64,000 bases of DNA from Bacillota bacterium (GTDB lineage: Bacteria > Bacillota > Clostridia > Clostridiales > Caloramatoraceae): the NCBI GenBank assembly GCA_023389275.1, contig JAEWEN010000064.1, forward strand, positions 4,730 through 68,729, read 5' to 3'. Position numbers and translations under genes: made by a program. Positions 18,474 to 29,733 of this stretch are shown here, in pieces. The notes beneath the pieces are model-generated. The model ran no database searches. It was not told the origin of the DNA and saw only the letters and a list, made by a program, of their open reading frames with translations. The number at the start of each line of letters is the position of its first letter. Position 1 is the first letter of the stretch.

Positions 18474-19115
18474 TTAAATAACTTCCTTTAAATAATTTTC
18501 AATATTAATATATTCTTTACCATTATGCATAACTGGAGATGTTTTTTTAAGTTTTACAGCTTTTATAAAATCATCTAAATTTTTTACCCAATCTGGAAAA
18601 CGTGTTGCATATTTTCCTATTTTACTTTCTATATGACAATCACTTCCTCCAAACATAGCAACGCCTCTATAAATAGCATCATTATATGCTTTTAAGTTTA
18701 AATCAAGTGGTGTACTACCATTAAAACACTCTATTCCATGAAGACCTTTTATAGTTCTTATTTTTTCTTCAAGTCCCCTATTGTTTTTTCTATATGGATG
18801 TGCAGCTATTGCAACTCCTCCTACTGAATTAACAATATCTAAAAGCTGCTGTGCATGTATTTTTTCCTTTGGAAGCTTATTAAGTCCAAAAACTAATATG
18901 TCACCTTCATATGTTAAAAATTCTGCACCTACAATAATAGGAAATTTTTCTTCCTTGGAAACTGCATTTGCCTCTTCCATAATTTCATTACTTTCATGGT
19001 CTGTAATACAGATTCCATTTAATCCTATTTCTTTAGCCTTTTTAATTATTTCCCTAAGTGACACATAACTATCTAATGAGTATTTACTTTCATGCATATG
19101 GGTATCTATAATCAT
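18474..19115 (-). CDS. PHP-domain metal-dependent phosphoesterase
   Basis: DTHMH, ITDH, AAHPYR, GGSDCH. Confidence 0.88.
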   Translation of the reverse strand: MIIDTHMHESKYSLDSYVSLREIIKKAKEIGLNGICITDHESNEIMEEANAVSKEEKFPIIVGAEFLTYEGDILVFGLNKLPKEKIHAQQLLDIVNSVGGVAIAAHPYRKNNRGLEEKIRTIKGLHGIECFNGSTPLDLNLKAYNDAIYRGVAMFGGSDCHIESKIGKYATRFPDWVKNLDDFIKAVKLKKTSPVMHNGKEYINIENYLKEVI

Positions 19116-19216
19116 AATAAATCTCCTTAAAAATCATTATATTATAATTATATATTTTTCCTATACATGTTTAAAATTTATATTTTCTATTTAGGTTTTT
19201 TTACTATTGAGTAAAT

Positions 19217-20410
19217 CTATATGAAAAATTTAGAAATATTATAAAAATATGACTCCCATGATCTACTTTCTACTTCTTCAAGTATACTTTCAAAATCAAC
19301 TTTCCTACTTAGCATTTTTAAAATACAATTTTTTATGCTTTCTTCATATGATTTAATATCTTCTTCATAAGGTTTATCAACCTCTAACATTCTAGGAAGT
19401 TCTATATATTCAATTACACCACTAGAATTTATTTTATCACCTACCCAAGGCTTTACCCCTTTTATATTAGACATAATTACCTTAGTTTTACATGCAAGGG
19501 CTTCCATTATAACTAAAGGTAATCCTTCATAAAACGATGGAAGTATAAACACTTCACTTTCTCTTATAATATTTGCTAAATTATTTTGCTCTAATGCACC
19601 TAAAAACTTTATTCTACTATCATTTTTAGCAAACTCCTTTATTTCTTTTTCTTCATCTGATCCTGATCCTGCTAAAAAAAGCTCTAAATTCTCATCTTCT
19701 ATACTTTTAAAAGCACTTATTAAACATTTTACACCTTTAGAGTAACTAATTTTTCCTGCATAAGTAATTCTTCTAAGTTTTTTAATATCCCTTTTATTAA
19801 AAAACACCTCTGAATTATATCCCACTCCCATAACTTTTACTTTTTTTTCATCAATACCATAAATATTTACTATTTCTCTTTTTTGATATTCATTTAATGC
19901 ACATACTAAATCAACATTTTTACAGCCATCTATAACTATCTCCCTATACTTAGGTAGTTTTTTTATTTGCCTAAGTTCCGTTCCTTGAGACAAAACTATC
20001 ATTTTTATATTTCCTCTTAATTCATTTACAATAGTAGCTAATAAAAATAAGTGATGTGTAATAATTACACTAGGTTTAAATTCCTCAATAGCAGACTTTA
20101 TTGTTTCCCTAAAACACTTTGTCCATTTGTTTAACATATCTTCAGTAAGGTCTGAGTATTTTGTGCTATCATATGGCATTGTATCACTCATACCTACAAT
20201 ATTAAAATTTAGCTTTTCACAGTTAAATTCTACAGGATAAAAAGCTACTTCACCTTTAAACTCTACTTTATCAAGTTTTTTTGAAGTAGCAGCTACTACT
20301 CCTTGTTTATAATTTAATTTACTACCTTCATTAACTAAAGACTGAAGAAATACTCCACTTCCTGTTTTCCCTGGGTATTGAGCTATAATATGTAATATTT
20401 TCTCTTCCAC
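19217..20410 (-). CDS. glycosyltransferase family 4
   Basis: YAGKISYSKG, LPSFYEGLPLVIMEALAC. Confidence 0.9.
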   Translation of the reverse strand: MEEKILHIIAQYPGKTGSGVFLQSLVNEGSKLNYKQGVVAATSKKLDKVEFKGEVAFYPVEFNCEKLNFNIVGMSDTMPYDSTKYSDLTEDMLNKWTKCFRETIKSAIEEFKPSVIITHHLFLLATIVNELRGNIKMIVLSQGTELRQIKKLPKYREIVIDGCKNVDLVCALNEYQKREIVNIYGIDEKKVKVMGVGYNSEVFFNKRDIKKLRRITYAGKISYSKGVKCLISAFKSIEDENLELFLAGSGSDEEKEIKEFAKNDSRIKFLGALEQNNLANIIRESEVFILPSFYEGLPLVIMEALACKTKVIMSNIKGVKPWVGDKINSSGVIEYIELPRMLEVDKPYEEDIKSYEESIKNCILKMLSRKVDFESILEEVESRSWESYFYNISKFFI

Positions 20411-20560
20411 GTTTCATCATCTCTCTTCTATTTTCTTGAATTTTTAACATTTTTTTCATGAAAACTTAAAAATATAGGTAGGAAAATTAATCCTACCTAC
20501 TACTTATCATAATTATATACTATTATTATTGTTTTTTTCAATATTATTTAAGCTAAATAT

Positions 20561-22630
20561 TTATATTTCGAATCTTCCTATTATTTCCTCCATTTCATAA
20601 ACAACCTGTTTTAACTCTTCTGAGGTTTCTATAAGTTGATCTATAACATTTGATTGAATTGTAATATTTGCAGAAACCTCCTCTATAGAAACAGCTGATT
20701 CTTTAGCTATATTAGATATTTCCTTAATATTATTAACTACTTCTTCTTTTTCAGATTTTAAAGAATTTATATTTTCTATAAGAAAGTTTAATTTATATAT
20801 TACATCATTTAAGGATATGTTAATTATATTAAAACTTTCCTTAGTATCTTTAACAGCATCTTCAACTTGATTTTGAATATTTTCTCCAAAATAAACTGAT
20901 TCTTTTGCTCCATTTATTTCATCTTTTATATTTTTAACAAACTTACATATTTCGTTAGTTGAACCTTCCGTTTCCTCAGAAAGCTTCCTAACTTCTTCAG
21001 CAACAACTGCAAATCCACGTCCTGACTCTCCTGCTCTTGCAGCTTCTATTGCAGCATTTAATGCAAGTAAATTTGTTTGTCTAGCTAATGCCTCTATTGT
21101 ACTAACTATATTTTCAATAGACTCTGACATAGTAGATAAATTTAAAATATTTTCTTTTATTTTCATAAAGGAATTACTACTATCTGTAAATTTATTTGAT
21201 AAAAATTCTAGAGAGTTTCTACAGTTTTCATTAATTTCTTGAGTTTTTTGTGAATAGTCTTTTATTGTTTCTATTTCAGATATAGTAGAATTTATATTAT
21301 CTGAAAAAACATTTAATCTTTCGTTTCCATTTTCTGCTCTTTTTGCTTGATCTATAGAACCATTTGATACCTCTTCTATATTATGTGATATTAATCTTAT
21401 TGCATTAGATGAATTATCTGTTTCTTCAGTAAGCTTTCTAGAGTTCTCTAAAACATTACTAGAAACTTTTTTTATATCACCAATTATTTTCCTAAATTCA
21501 TTTCTAACATTAAATGCAGAACTGCTTATTACTCCAATTTCATCTTTATATCTTTTTAAAAACTCATAATTTCCTTCAATTTTAAGATTAAATCTTGCAG
21601 TTTCATTTAGCATATTAGAAACTTTAAGTATAGGATTTGTTATTTTAGAAGATATAATATAAGCTACAATTAAAGAAAGTAAAATAATTCCTATACTAAT
21701 AATTAATATAGATTTGTTTATATTATTTACTCCTAATAAAACTTCTGATTCTTTTAAAAACAATATATAATTCCATCCTGTTTCATTTGATGTATAATTA
21801 ACAGCTATATATTCTTTATCCTTTGATTTTACATAACCATCTTTTTTCATTTTTTCAATATCAATATCTATTTCAGAAATATTTTTAAAATTCATTTTAG
21901 GATTTTTAGGATGGGAAAGTATTGTTCCATCTTTTTCCGTTAAAACTATATATCCTGTATCCCCTATTTTTATATCCTTTATTAACTCTGTTAAGGAGTC
22001 TAATCTAACATCTAAAGCTTGTACTCCTATAACATTATTCTCTGAATTTTTTATATTTTTTACAATACTAACATTGACAGCATTAGCACCTTCCCAAAAG
22101 TAAGCCTGTGTTCTTACAGACTCATTTGACTTTATCCCTTTTTCATACCAAGGTCTTTTGCGAGGATCATAATTATCACTTACTTCTCCCTTAGCTGCTT
22201 GTAAGTATCCTCCTTCATTAGTTCCTAAAAATACATCTGTTACATAAGGATGATTATCCATATAACTTTTAAAAATATTATATATACCTGATTCTAATAC
22301 ACCATTTTTCTCTGGAGTCATCATTATTTTTCCATTACTTCCTTTTTTATCTGTATATTTTGTAATACTACTATCTATACTTTTAACTAAGTTATTATTA
22401 GATAGCATTTTGCAATCATTATAAAGACCTTCAAAAAATAGATCTATTCCGTTATTAGCTAATTTTATTTCATTTATTTTAGATTTAATAGTATCATCTA
22501 AAACCTGTGTTTTCACTTTATTACTTATCATTGTACCTAAAAAGCATACAGAAACAATTGTTAAAAGAAAAAAGCATATCATTAACTTTAATTTTATACT
22601 TTTAAACTTAAAAATATTTTTAATGTTCAT
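20561..22630 (-). CDS. methyl-accepting chemotaxis protein (dCache-HAMP-MA)
   Basis: Two TMs, [45 protein letters not shown] 22630 follows GAGGTG. Confidence 0.95.
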   Translation of the reverse strand: MNIKNIFKFKSIKLKLMICFFLLTIVSVCFLGTMISNKVKTQVLDDTIKSKINEIKLANNGIDLFFEGLYNDCKMLSNNNLVKSIDSSITKYTDKKGSNGKIMMTPEKNGVLESGIYNIFKSYMDNHPYVTDVFLGTNEGGYLQAAKGEVSDNYDPRKRPWYEKGIKSNESVRTQAYFWEGANAVNVSIVKNIKNSENNVIGVQALDVRLDSLTELIKDIKIGDTGYIVLTEKDGTILSHPKNPKMNFKNISEIDIDIEKMKKDGYVKSKDKEYIAVNYTSNETGWNYILFLKESEVLLGVNNINKSILIISIGIILLSLIVAYIISSKITNPILKVSNMLNETARFNLKIEGNYEFLKRYKDEIGVISSSAFNVRNEFRKIIGDIKKVSSNVLENSRKLTEETDNSSNAIRLISHNIEEVSNGSIDQAKRAENGNERLNVFSDNINSTISEIETIKDYSQKTQEINENCRNSLEFLSNKFTDSSNSFMKIKENILNLSTMSESIENIVSTIEALARQTNLLALNAAIEAARAGESGRGFAVVAEEVRKLSEETEGSTNEICKFVKNIKDEINGAKESVYFGENIQNQVEDAVKDTKESFNIINISLNDVIYKLNFLIENINSLKSEKEEVVNNIKEISNIAKESAVSIEEVSANITIQSNVIDQLIETSEELKQVVYEMEEIIGRFEI

Positions 22631-22726
22631 AACAATAATCACCTCTTTAAAATAAACTTATATTATTTTACTAAATATATTATTATTTAATTACTTTTCA
22701 AAAAATGCACTTAATGGAAAAAAATA

Positions 22727-22756
22727 TTGACATTTATAATATATTTAATATAAAAT
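22727..22756 (+). promoter_or_regulatory. sigma-A promoter for the riboswitch leader
   Basis: TTGACA 22727-22732, TAAAAT 22751-22756. Confidence 0.55.
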
Positions 22757-22765
22757 GTTAAGTAG

Positions 22766-22903
22766 TTAAGAGGGAGTAGTTAAAAATATAACATCAACAA
22801 TCTCGATTTAAAAATCTGGTGTTATATACCAAACTTGTTGGTTACGAGACTTTTAATATAATTCATTTATTTAGGGAATTATATTAAGGGTCTCTTTTAT
22901 TTT
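22766..22903 (+). ncRNA. yybP-ykoY (Mn2+-sensing) riboswitch with terminator platform
   Basis: AGAGGGAGTAG...CATCAACA...CTGGTG...CGAGACTTTT consensus elements; P1 TTAAGAG/CTTTTAA; competing hairpin GAGACTTTTAATATAATTC/GAATTATATTAAGGGTCTC plus U-tract. Confidence 0.85.
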
Positions 22904-22922
22904 GTTATGAAAGGAGATATTT

Positions 22923-25532
22923 ATGGAAAAATATTTTTTAAAATCCCAAGAAGAAGTTTTACAAAAGTTTAATGTTTCAAAAACTTCAGGACTATCAACT
23001 GCTCAGGTTGAAGCTAATATTAATGAGCATGGATATAATGAACTTGTTGAAACAAAAAAAGACAGTGTTATTAAAGTGTTCTTTGATCAATTTAAAGACT
23101 TATCTGTAATTATATTAATAATTGCTGCTTTAATTTCTATGTTTATGAAAAATGTTGAAAGTACTATTGTTATTTTTGCTGTATTAATACTTAACGCAAT
23201 ACTTGGAACTGTTCAACATATAAAAGCGGAAAAATCACTTGATGCTTTAAAGTCCCTTTCCTCTCCTAAGGCAAAGGTTTTGAGAAATGGTGAAAAAGTA
23301 GAAATACCTTCTCGTGATGTTGCTGTAGGAGATATATTAATACTTGAAGCAGGTGATTTTGTAACTGCAGACGCTAGAATTATAGATAATTTTTCTCTAT
23401 CTGTAAATGAAAGTTCTTTAACCGGTGAAGCAGAAAATGTAATTAAATTTGCTGATACTATAACAAACGAGAATATTCCTTTAGGAGACCAAAAGAACAT
23501 GGTATTCTCTGGAACTTTAGTTACATATGGTAGAGCAACAGCAGTTGTTACAGCAATAGGTATGGATACTGAAATAGGTAAAATAGCCTCTCTTTTAAAC
23601 ACTGCAAAGGAAAAGAAAACACCACTACAAGTTAGCCTTGATGACTTTGGTAAAAAATTAGCTATAGGTGTTATTGGTATATGTATACTTGTTTTTTTCC
23701 TAACAGTTTATAGAGGATCTGCAATTATTGATGCTTTAATGTTTGCAGTTGCCCTAGCAGTTGCTGCTATTCCTGAAGCTTTAAGTTCTATTGTTACAAT
23801 TGTTTTAGCATTAGGAACTCAAAAAATGGCAAAACAAAATGCTATTATAAGAAATCTTAAGGCAGTTGAAGGTTTAGGTTCTGTATCTATTATTTGTTCT
23901 GATAAAACAGGAACATTAACTCAAAATAAAATGACTGTAAAAGGCGCTTATGTTAATGATTCTATAATTACTGATGATAATATTAACCTATCAAATGATG
24001 TAGAAAAGTTTTTAATTGAATCAAGTGTATTATGTAATGACTCTGAATCTGAAAATGGTAAAGAAATTGGAGACCCTACAGAAGTTGCTCTTGTTAATGT
24101 TTGTAAAAAGCTTTCTCTAGATCCTTTAAAAATAAGATCTGACTTTAAAAGATTATCAGAAATACCATTTGATTCTGATAGAAAGCTAATGAGTACTCTT
24201 AACAAAATAAATAATGAATATATTATGATAACTAAAGGTGCTGTTGATGTTATGCTTAGTAGAATAAATAGCATAAACATAAATGGCAATATTGTAGATT
24301 TTACATCTGAATACAAAGAAAAAGTTGAAAATGCAAATAAACATTTTTCTGAAAATGGATTAAGAGTTTTAGCATTTGGATATAAAAAATTATCTTCTGA
24401 TAAAGAACTTGTTTTAGAAGATGAACAAGACTTTGTATTTTTAGGACTTATATCTATGATAGACCCACCTAGGGAAGAATCTAAAGCTGCTGTTCATGAT
24501 TGTAAAATGGCAGGTATTAAACCAGTAATGATTACTGGAGATCACAAAATAACAGCATCAGCTATTGCAAGAGAAATAGGAATACTTGAAGATGGCGATG
24601 AAGCTATTGATGGTGTTGAACTTGATGCTATGAGTGATGAAGAACTTAAGAAAAGAATTATGAATATTTCGGTTTACGCAAGGGTTTCTCCTGAGCATAA
24701 AATAAGAATAGTTAAAACATTCCAAGAACTTGGAGAAATAGCAGCTATGACTGGTGATGGAGTTAATGATGCTCCTGCTTTAAAACAAGCTGATATAGGT
24801 ATATCTATGGGTATTACAGGAACAGAAGTTGCTAAAGATGCCTCTTCTATGATTTTAACAGATGATAACTTTGCTACAATTATAAAATCAGTAGCAAATG
24901 GTAGAAATATATATGCTAATATACAAAATGCTATTAAATTTTTACTATCAGGTAATACAGCTGGTATTTTAGCAGTATTATATGCATCTATTGCAATGCT
25001 ACCTGCTCCTTTTGCTCCTGTTCACTTACTATTTATAAACCTATTAACAGATAGTTTACCAGCTATTGCTATAGGACTTGAAAAACCTAAAAATGATTTA
25101 CTAAAGCTTAAGCCTAGAAAATCTGATGAATCAATACTTACAAAACCAGTAATTAAAAGTATTGCATCTCAAGGTTTTGTTATTGCAGTGTGTACTATGA
25201 TTTCATACCATATAGGTAATTCAACAGGTAACCCTGCTGTAGCTTCTACTATGGCTTTTGCTACTCTTTGTCTTGCAAGACTGTTCCATGGATTTAACTG
25301 TAGATGGAATAAATCATTATTTAAAATAGGTTTCTTTACTAACAAATATACTTGGTATGCATTTATTTTAGGTGTTATTTTACTTGCAGGAGTATTATTT
25401 GTTCCTCCATTTATGGGCGTATTTGAAACTGTAGCTTTAACAAATGCTCAACTTGGATATATGGTCCTTTTAGCATTTATACCAACAGTTTTAATTCAAC
25501 TATTTAAAGTTATATTTAGAGATAACAAATAA
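22923..25532 (+). CDS. P-type (P2A) cation-transporting ATPase, Ca2+/Mn2+ exporter
   Basis: SLTGE, AIPEAL, CSDKTGTLT, KGA, DPPR, TGDGVNDAPAL. Confidence 0.95.
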   Translation: MEKYFLKSQEEVLQKFNVSKTSGLSTAQVEANINEHGYNELVETKKDSVIKVFFDQFKDLSVIILIIAALISMFMKNVESTIVIFAVLILNAILGTVQHIKAEKSLDALKSLSSPKAKVLRNGEKVEIPSRDVAVGDILILEAGDFVTADARIIDNFSLSVNESSLTGEAENVIKFADTITNENIPLGDQKNMVFSGTLVTYGRATAVVTAIGMDTEIGKIASLLNTAKEKKTPLQVSLDDFGKKLAIGVIGICILVFFLTVYRGSAIIDALMFAVALAVAAIPEALSSIVTIVLALGTQKMAKQNAIIRNLKAVEGLGSVSIICSDKTGTLTQNKMTVKGAYVNDSIITDDNINLSNDVEKFLIESSVLCNDSESENGKEIGDPTEVALVNVCKKLSLDPLKIRSDFKRLSEIPFDSDRKLMSTLNKINNEYIMITKGAVDVMLSRINSININGNIVDFTSEYKEKVENANKHFSENGLRVLAFGYKKLSSDKELVLEDEQDFVFLGLISMIDPPREESKAAVHDCKMAGIKPVMITGDHKITASAIAREIGILEDGDEAIDGVELDAMSDEELKKRIMNISVYARVSPEHKIRIVKTFQELGEIAAMTGDGVNDAPALKQADIGISMGITGTEVAKDASSMILTDDNFATIIKSVANGRNIYANIQNAIKFLLSGNTAGILAVLYASIAMLPAPFAPVHLLFINLLTDSLPAIAIGLEKPKNDLLKLKPRKSDESILTKPVIKSIASQGFVIAVCTMISYHIGNSTGNPAVASTMAFATLCLARLFHGFNCRWNKSLFKIGFFTNKYTWYAFILGVILLAGVLFVPPFMGVFETVALTNAQLGYMVLLAFIPTVLIQLFKVIFRDNK

Positions 25533-25537
25533 AATTA

Positions 25538-25564
25538 AGGCTATGGATTATCCATAGCCTTTTT
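25538..25564. terminator. bidirectional terminator
   Basis: AAGGCTATGG-ATTAT-CCATAGCCTTTTT. Confidence 0.8.
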
Positions 25565-26828
25565 ATATATCTAATATTTCTTTCATTATTTTTCCCTGAG
25601 CCTCTTTCATTTCAAACCCTAAAAGATATGAAAATGTTTTTGCATAGTTTATAATATGTCCTTCATTTAAGTACACACCTTTTTTGATTCCTTTACCTGA
25701 TGCTACAAATGCTGCTGTATAGTCTTCTTTTAAAGGGCTATATCCATGTTGACCTATATATGAAGGAAGATGTTCTAAATAATCTCCTATTATCTCATCT
25801 CCAAAATAATATCCCTTTGACGCTTCAATCATAAAGCTACAATTCGAATTTGCTCCAAGGTCTTTTGCTTCATCTGTTGTGTATATATTTTCAATAAATC
25901 CCTTAGATTTTAAATTCTCTAATATACATTTAACAGTATTTAAATTCTTATGTGATTTTACATATACATATCCACTTCCATCACAACTATCAAAGTAAGC
26001 ATCATAATCTAAAATATGCCCTTTTGAATTTAAACTTATTAAATCATTTTCTAAAAATAAAACATTAGGTTTTATTTTCTTATTAGCATTTAATTGACTA
26101 TGATCACCAAATGCTATTATAGCTGTTTCATCATAAATACCACTTTCTTTTAAAGCAGTTATTATTTTTTGAACTTTTAAATCCATTCTATCTAAAGCCT
26201 CTTTTACCTGTTTTGATTCAATACCATAATCGTGTTTTTGAGTATCTAAATCAATAAAATGTACAAGCGTTAGATTAGGCTTTTTTGTTTTTATGGTATG
26301 AGCAGTAGATTCGCATATAAAATTATCTAAATATGGTTGTTTTACCCCCTGCCTTAGCTTTCCAAATCTTAGCTCTAAATCTAAAATAAAAGGCTTACTA
26401 CCTGAAAATAGTACTTTTAAAGCATCTTTTTCCCAAGATTTTGTTCCCCATATTTCTGGAAGATTGTATTTTATCTTAGCTCCTGCTGTAACTGGCCATA
26501 AAAGAGACGCTACTTTTAAACCATTTCTTCTTGCAGCATCATAAAGTGTATCTCCGCTTATATATTTTCTATACCAATGCCACTGTCTATCTAGTATACC
26601 TTCTTGAAGTATTTTATTTGATACTACTCCATGATTTTTAGGATATTTTCCTGTTATAACTGTTGTATGAGCTGGATATGTCAAAGATGGATATACTGTT
26701 TTCACTTTATCAATATATGAACCATTATTAATTAAAGTTTTAAATCCCTTTAGATTTTTCAAGTAGTTAAAGTCCTTTGTAGATAAAGCATCTATTGATA
26801 AAATAACTAAATACTTTGGATTTTCCAT
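25563..26828 (-). CDS. alkaline phosphatase superfamily nucleotide pyrophosphatase/phosphodiesterase
   Basis: LSIDAL, YPSLTYPAHTT, DTQKH, GDH, GQHGY; start MENPK after GAGGTG. Confidence 0.9.
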   Translation of the reverse strand: MENPKYLVILSIDALSTKDFNYLKNLKGFKTLINNGSYIDKVKTVYPSLTYPAHTTVITGKYPKNHGVVSNKILQEGILDRQWHWYRKYISGDTLYDAARRNGLKVASLLWPVTAGAKIKYNLPEIWGTKSWEKDALKVLFSGSKPFILDLELRFGKLRQGVKQPYLDNFICESTAHTIKTKKPNLTLVHFIDLDTQKHDYGIESKQVKEALDRMDLKVQKIITALKESGIYDETAIIAFGDHSQLNANKKIKPNVLFLENDLISLNSKGHILDYDAYFDSCDGSGYVYVKSHKNLNTVKCILENLKSKGFIENIYTTDEAKDLGANSNCSFMIEASKGYYFGDEIIGDYLEHLPSYIGQHGYSPLKEDYTAAFVASGKGIKKGVYLNEGHIINYAKTFSYLLGFEMKEAQGKIMKEILDI

Positions 26829-26872
26829 TGTATCACCTCTTTTAATATGATACCCAAACATATTTATATATA

Positions 26873-27907
26873 TTAACTACGTGTATAGCTTCTATAAACT
26901 CTATAAAGATTATATGCATCACTTAGTGCATTATGTTTTTTTCCTTCAAATTCTAAAGAGCAACAATTTAATGCACTTGATAATGATATAACTTGATTCA
27001 TTTTTTTATAATAATAACTAAACTCTTTTTGAAAATCCACGTAATTTTTTCTTACCCTATTTATAAATTGGTTTTTATTCCCTCTAATTAAGCTGTTGCA
27101 TTTTAATGCCTTTATATCTTCTCTTCCCCAGCTTATAAATAAAAACTTTTCATTTCCTATCCATTTTTCTAAAAGATCTATACATTCTTTAAATCCTATT
27201 CCATTGTCAACTTCCTCTTGTGTAAGACCAGTTATTTCTTTACATCTATCACTTAATTTTTTTTGTATTTTAGGCTTTAAAACAACGTAAAATTTATCTA
27301 AAGAATTATTATTGGGATTATATTTAACAGCTCCTAGGGATATAATCTCCCAGTAACCTAATGTATTATCTTTTTTATCTACACAATTCATTTCAAGATC
27401 AAAAAATATTAAAGTTCTTTTTTCATATCCTTGAGCTTGTTCTACTTTTCTAACTACTTTTCTTCTTTTAATAAAACTTTGCTTTCTTATATTTTTTCTA
27501 TTCCAAAGTTTTTCAAATATATTTTTACTTTTTATATCATATCTAATATTCCAGTTTTTATGATGCTTAAATGTTTTTCTTAAATATGCAATATTATTTG
27601 CCATTTTATCTTTTAAAAAGTTACTATTTGTAAAGATTTTTATAGCATTTTCATTAAATGTTACTATATTAATTAAATATTTTTTTCTATATTTAAGAAA
27701 TAACCTTTCCTCTAATCCTATTATTAAAGAAAATATTTCATTTATAATAATATAATTTGCACTAGAAAAAGTAGTTACATTTTTTATAGTTTTACTTTTT
27801 TTTAAATAAACCATACCTTTATTAACTATAATTACATTTAAAGTTATACACTTTTTATTGTAATCATAGTTGTCGCTATAGTAACATATTAAATTATTAT
27901 TTTTCAT
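26873..27907 (-). CDS. DEDDh 3'-5' exonuclease (KapD/ERI1-like) with N-terminal extension
   Basis: FFDLEMNC, WGREDIK, HNALSDA. Confidence 0.85.
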   Translation of the reverse strand: MKNNNLICYYSDNYDYNKKCITLNVIIVNKGMVYLKKSKTIKNVTTFSSANYIIINEIFSLIIGLEERLFLKYRKKYLINIVTFNENAIKIFTNSNFLKDKMANNIAYLRKTFKHHKNWNIRYDIKSKNIFEKLWNRKNIRKQSFIKRRKVVRKVEQAQGYEKRTLIFFDLEMNCVDKKDNTLGYWEIISLGAVKYNPNNNSLDKFYVVLKPKIQKKLSDRCKEITGLTQEEVDNGIGFKECIDLLEKWIGNEKFLFISWGREDIKALKCNSLIRGNKNQFINRVRKNYVDFQKEFSYYYKKMNQVISLSSALNCCSLEFEGKKHNALSDAYNLYRVYRSYTRS

Positions 27908-28040
27908 TTATATCACCTATATAAATTAACTTGTCTTTCACAACAAGTGTAAGTATAACATTTTTCATTAAAATTTTATATATATTTATATAATGTATAT
28001 TGTCAAAGTTTGTAGAAATATATAAAAGCAAGTAAGACTT

Positions 28041-29630
28041 TTACTTGCTTTTATATATTGTATTTCCTTCTTTTATTGTTTCAACAACCTTAATTTTATT
28101 TATATCTTTAAGTTGCACTTTTAAAGGATTATTATCTAAAATAACTAAATCTGCTAATTTCCCCTCTTTTATAGAACCTTTTAAGTTTTCTTCCATGTAT
28201 TGATAAGCAGCATTTATTGTTACAGCTTTTAATGCTTCAACTACAGGTATTTTTTCACCATCACCTAAAACCTCACCATTTTTCATTTCCCTATTAACTG
28301 CAATCCATATAGTTTCTATTATATTTGGCTCTATAACCGGTGAATCTTGATGAAGTGTAAACTTTAATCCTTTTTCCAAAGCAGCTTTAGCTGGTGATAT
28401 TTGACTTGCTCTTTCATATCCAAAGTTTTTTATATGCACATCTCCAAAATAATATACATGAGCTTCAAAAAATGAAGGAATCATACCTAATTCTTTAACT
28501 TCTTCTAGTTGGTCTTTGCCTATTAGTTGAGCATGTACTATAACTGGTCTTATATCATTTTTTGTATTAATCTCTTTTTTAGCCTCTTTATATTGTTTTA
28601 TAAACATTTCAACAGCAGCATCACCATTACAATGAACTAGTATTTGCATATTATCTTCTAAAGCTATTTTCATAAGCTTTTTTGTTTCATTATTATTTAT
28701 TACTGGATATGCTCTATAACCACTTTCCCCTACATAATCACTTCTCATATATGCGGTTCTCCCTTGTGGAGATCCATCTAAAAATGCTTTATATCCTCCA
28801 ACTTTAAAATGATTTTTATATTTTTTTATATAATCTTTTAGCTTTGATAATATAGTATCTTTTTCCTTTATATCAACATAACCTATATAATCTACTTTTA
28901 ATATATTTAAGTCAATTATGTAAGTTAAAAATCCTACTAAAGAAGAAACTATCATTCCCTCTTGAACAGTTGTTATACCATAAGAGGCATAGCTATTCTG
29001 CGCCTTTTTAATCGCTTTTATTATGTTTTCTAAAGATGGCATAGGAACTTTTTGAATATAGTTTATATAAGCATTTTCTTCAGCATATCCATTTAATTTC
29101 CCATTTTCTCTATGAAATACTCCACCTTCTGGGTTCTTAATTGACTCATTTATTCCAAGCTTTTTCATAGCTAATGAATTAAATAAACCATTGTGACCTG
29201 ATTTATTTGATATTACAAGTGGATTTTTAGGTGATATTTTATCTAAAAATTCTATTCTAGGATAAGTTTTTTCTTCTAAAGAATTATAATCAAAGTTATT
29301 ACAAAGTATCCAAGTGTCTTGTTTTATATTATTGTTTTCTATAAAACTTTTTATTTTTTCATTAATTTCATTAAAGTTAACAGCTTCTTCTAAATTAACT
29401 TGTAGTTTTGAATTAGCATAACCAAAAAAATGACTATGTGAATCTATAAATGATGGCATTAAAGTTTTTCCTTTTAAGTCAATTATATTTGTTTCTTTAT
29501 TTTTTAGTTTTAGTATTTCTTCTTTAGACCCAACTTTTTTAATTATTCCATCTTTAATATATATAGCCTCTACATACATATTTTTTTCCATAGTTAATAT
29601 ATCACCATTAAAATAAATTGTATCCTTCAT
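28041..29630 (-). CDS. amidohydrolase family 3 (YtcJ-like)
   Basis: PSFIDSHSH, HCNGDAA, VHAQ, HQDSPV, GSIKEGKLADLVIL. Confidence 0.9.
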   Translation of the reverse strand: MKDTIYFNGDILTMEKNMYVEAIYIKDGIIKKVGSKEEILKLKNKETNIIDLKGKTLMPSFIDSHSHFFGYANSKLQVNLEEAVNFNEINEKIKSFIENNNIKQDTWILCNNFDYNSLEEKTYPRIEFLDKISPKNPLVISNKSGHNGLFNSLAMKKLGINESIKNPEGGVFHRENGKLNGYAEENAYINYIQKVPMPSLENIIKAIKKAQNSYASYGITTVQEGMIVSSLVGFLTYIIDLNILKVDYIGYVDIKEKDTILSKLKDYIKKYKNHFKVGGYKAFLDGSPQGRTAYMRSDYVGESGYRAYPVINNNETKKLMKIALEDNMQILVHCNGDAAVEMFIKQYKEAKKEINTKNDIRPVIVHAQLIGKDQLEEVKELGMIPSFFEAHVYYFGDVHIKNFGYERASQISPAKAALEKGLKFTLHQDSPVIEPNIIETIWIAVNREMKNGEVLGDGEKIPVVEALKAVTINAAYQYMEENLKGSIKEGKLADLVILDNNPLKVQLKDINKIKVVETIKEGNTIYKSK

Positions 29631-29693
29631 AAAGCCACTTCCCTTTTAAAATATTTATATATAGATTTCCCATTATGCCCTTTAGTATACAAA

Positions 29694-29724
29694 AGCTGTT
29701 AATACAAATTGTATTAACAGCTTT
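29694..29724 (-). terminator. intrinsic terminator
   Basis: AAGCTGTTAATACAA/TTGTATTAACAGCTT inverted repeat. Confidence 0.7.
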
Positions 29725-29733
29725 AATTTATCT

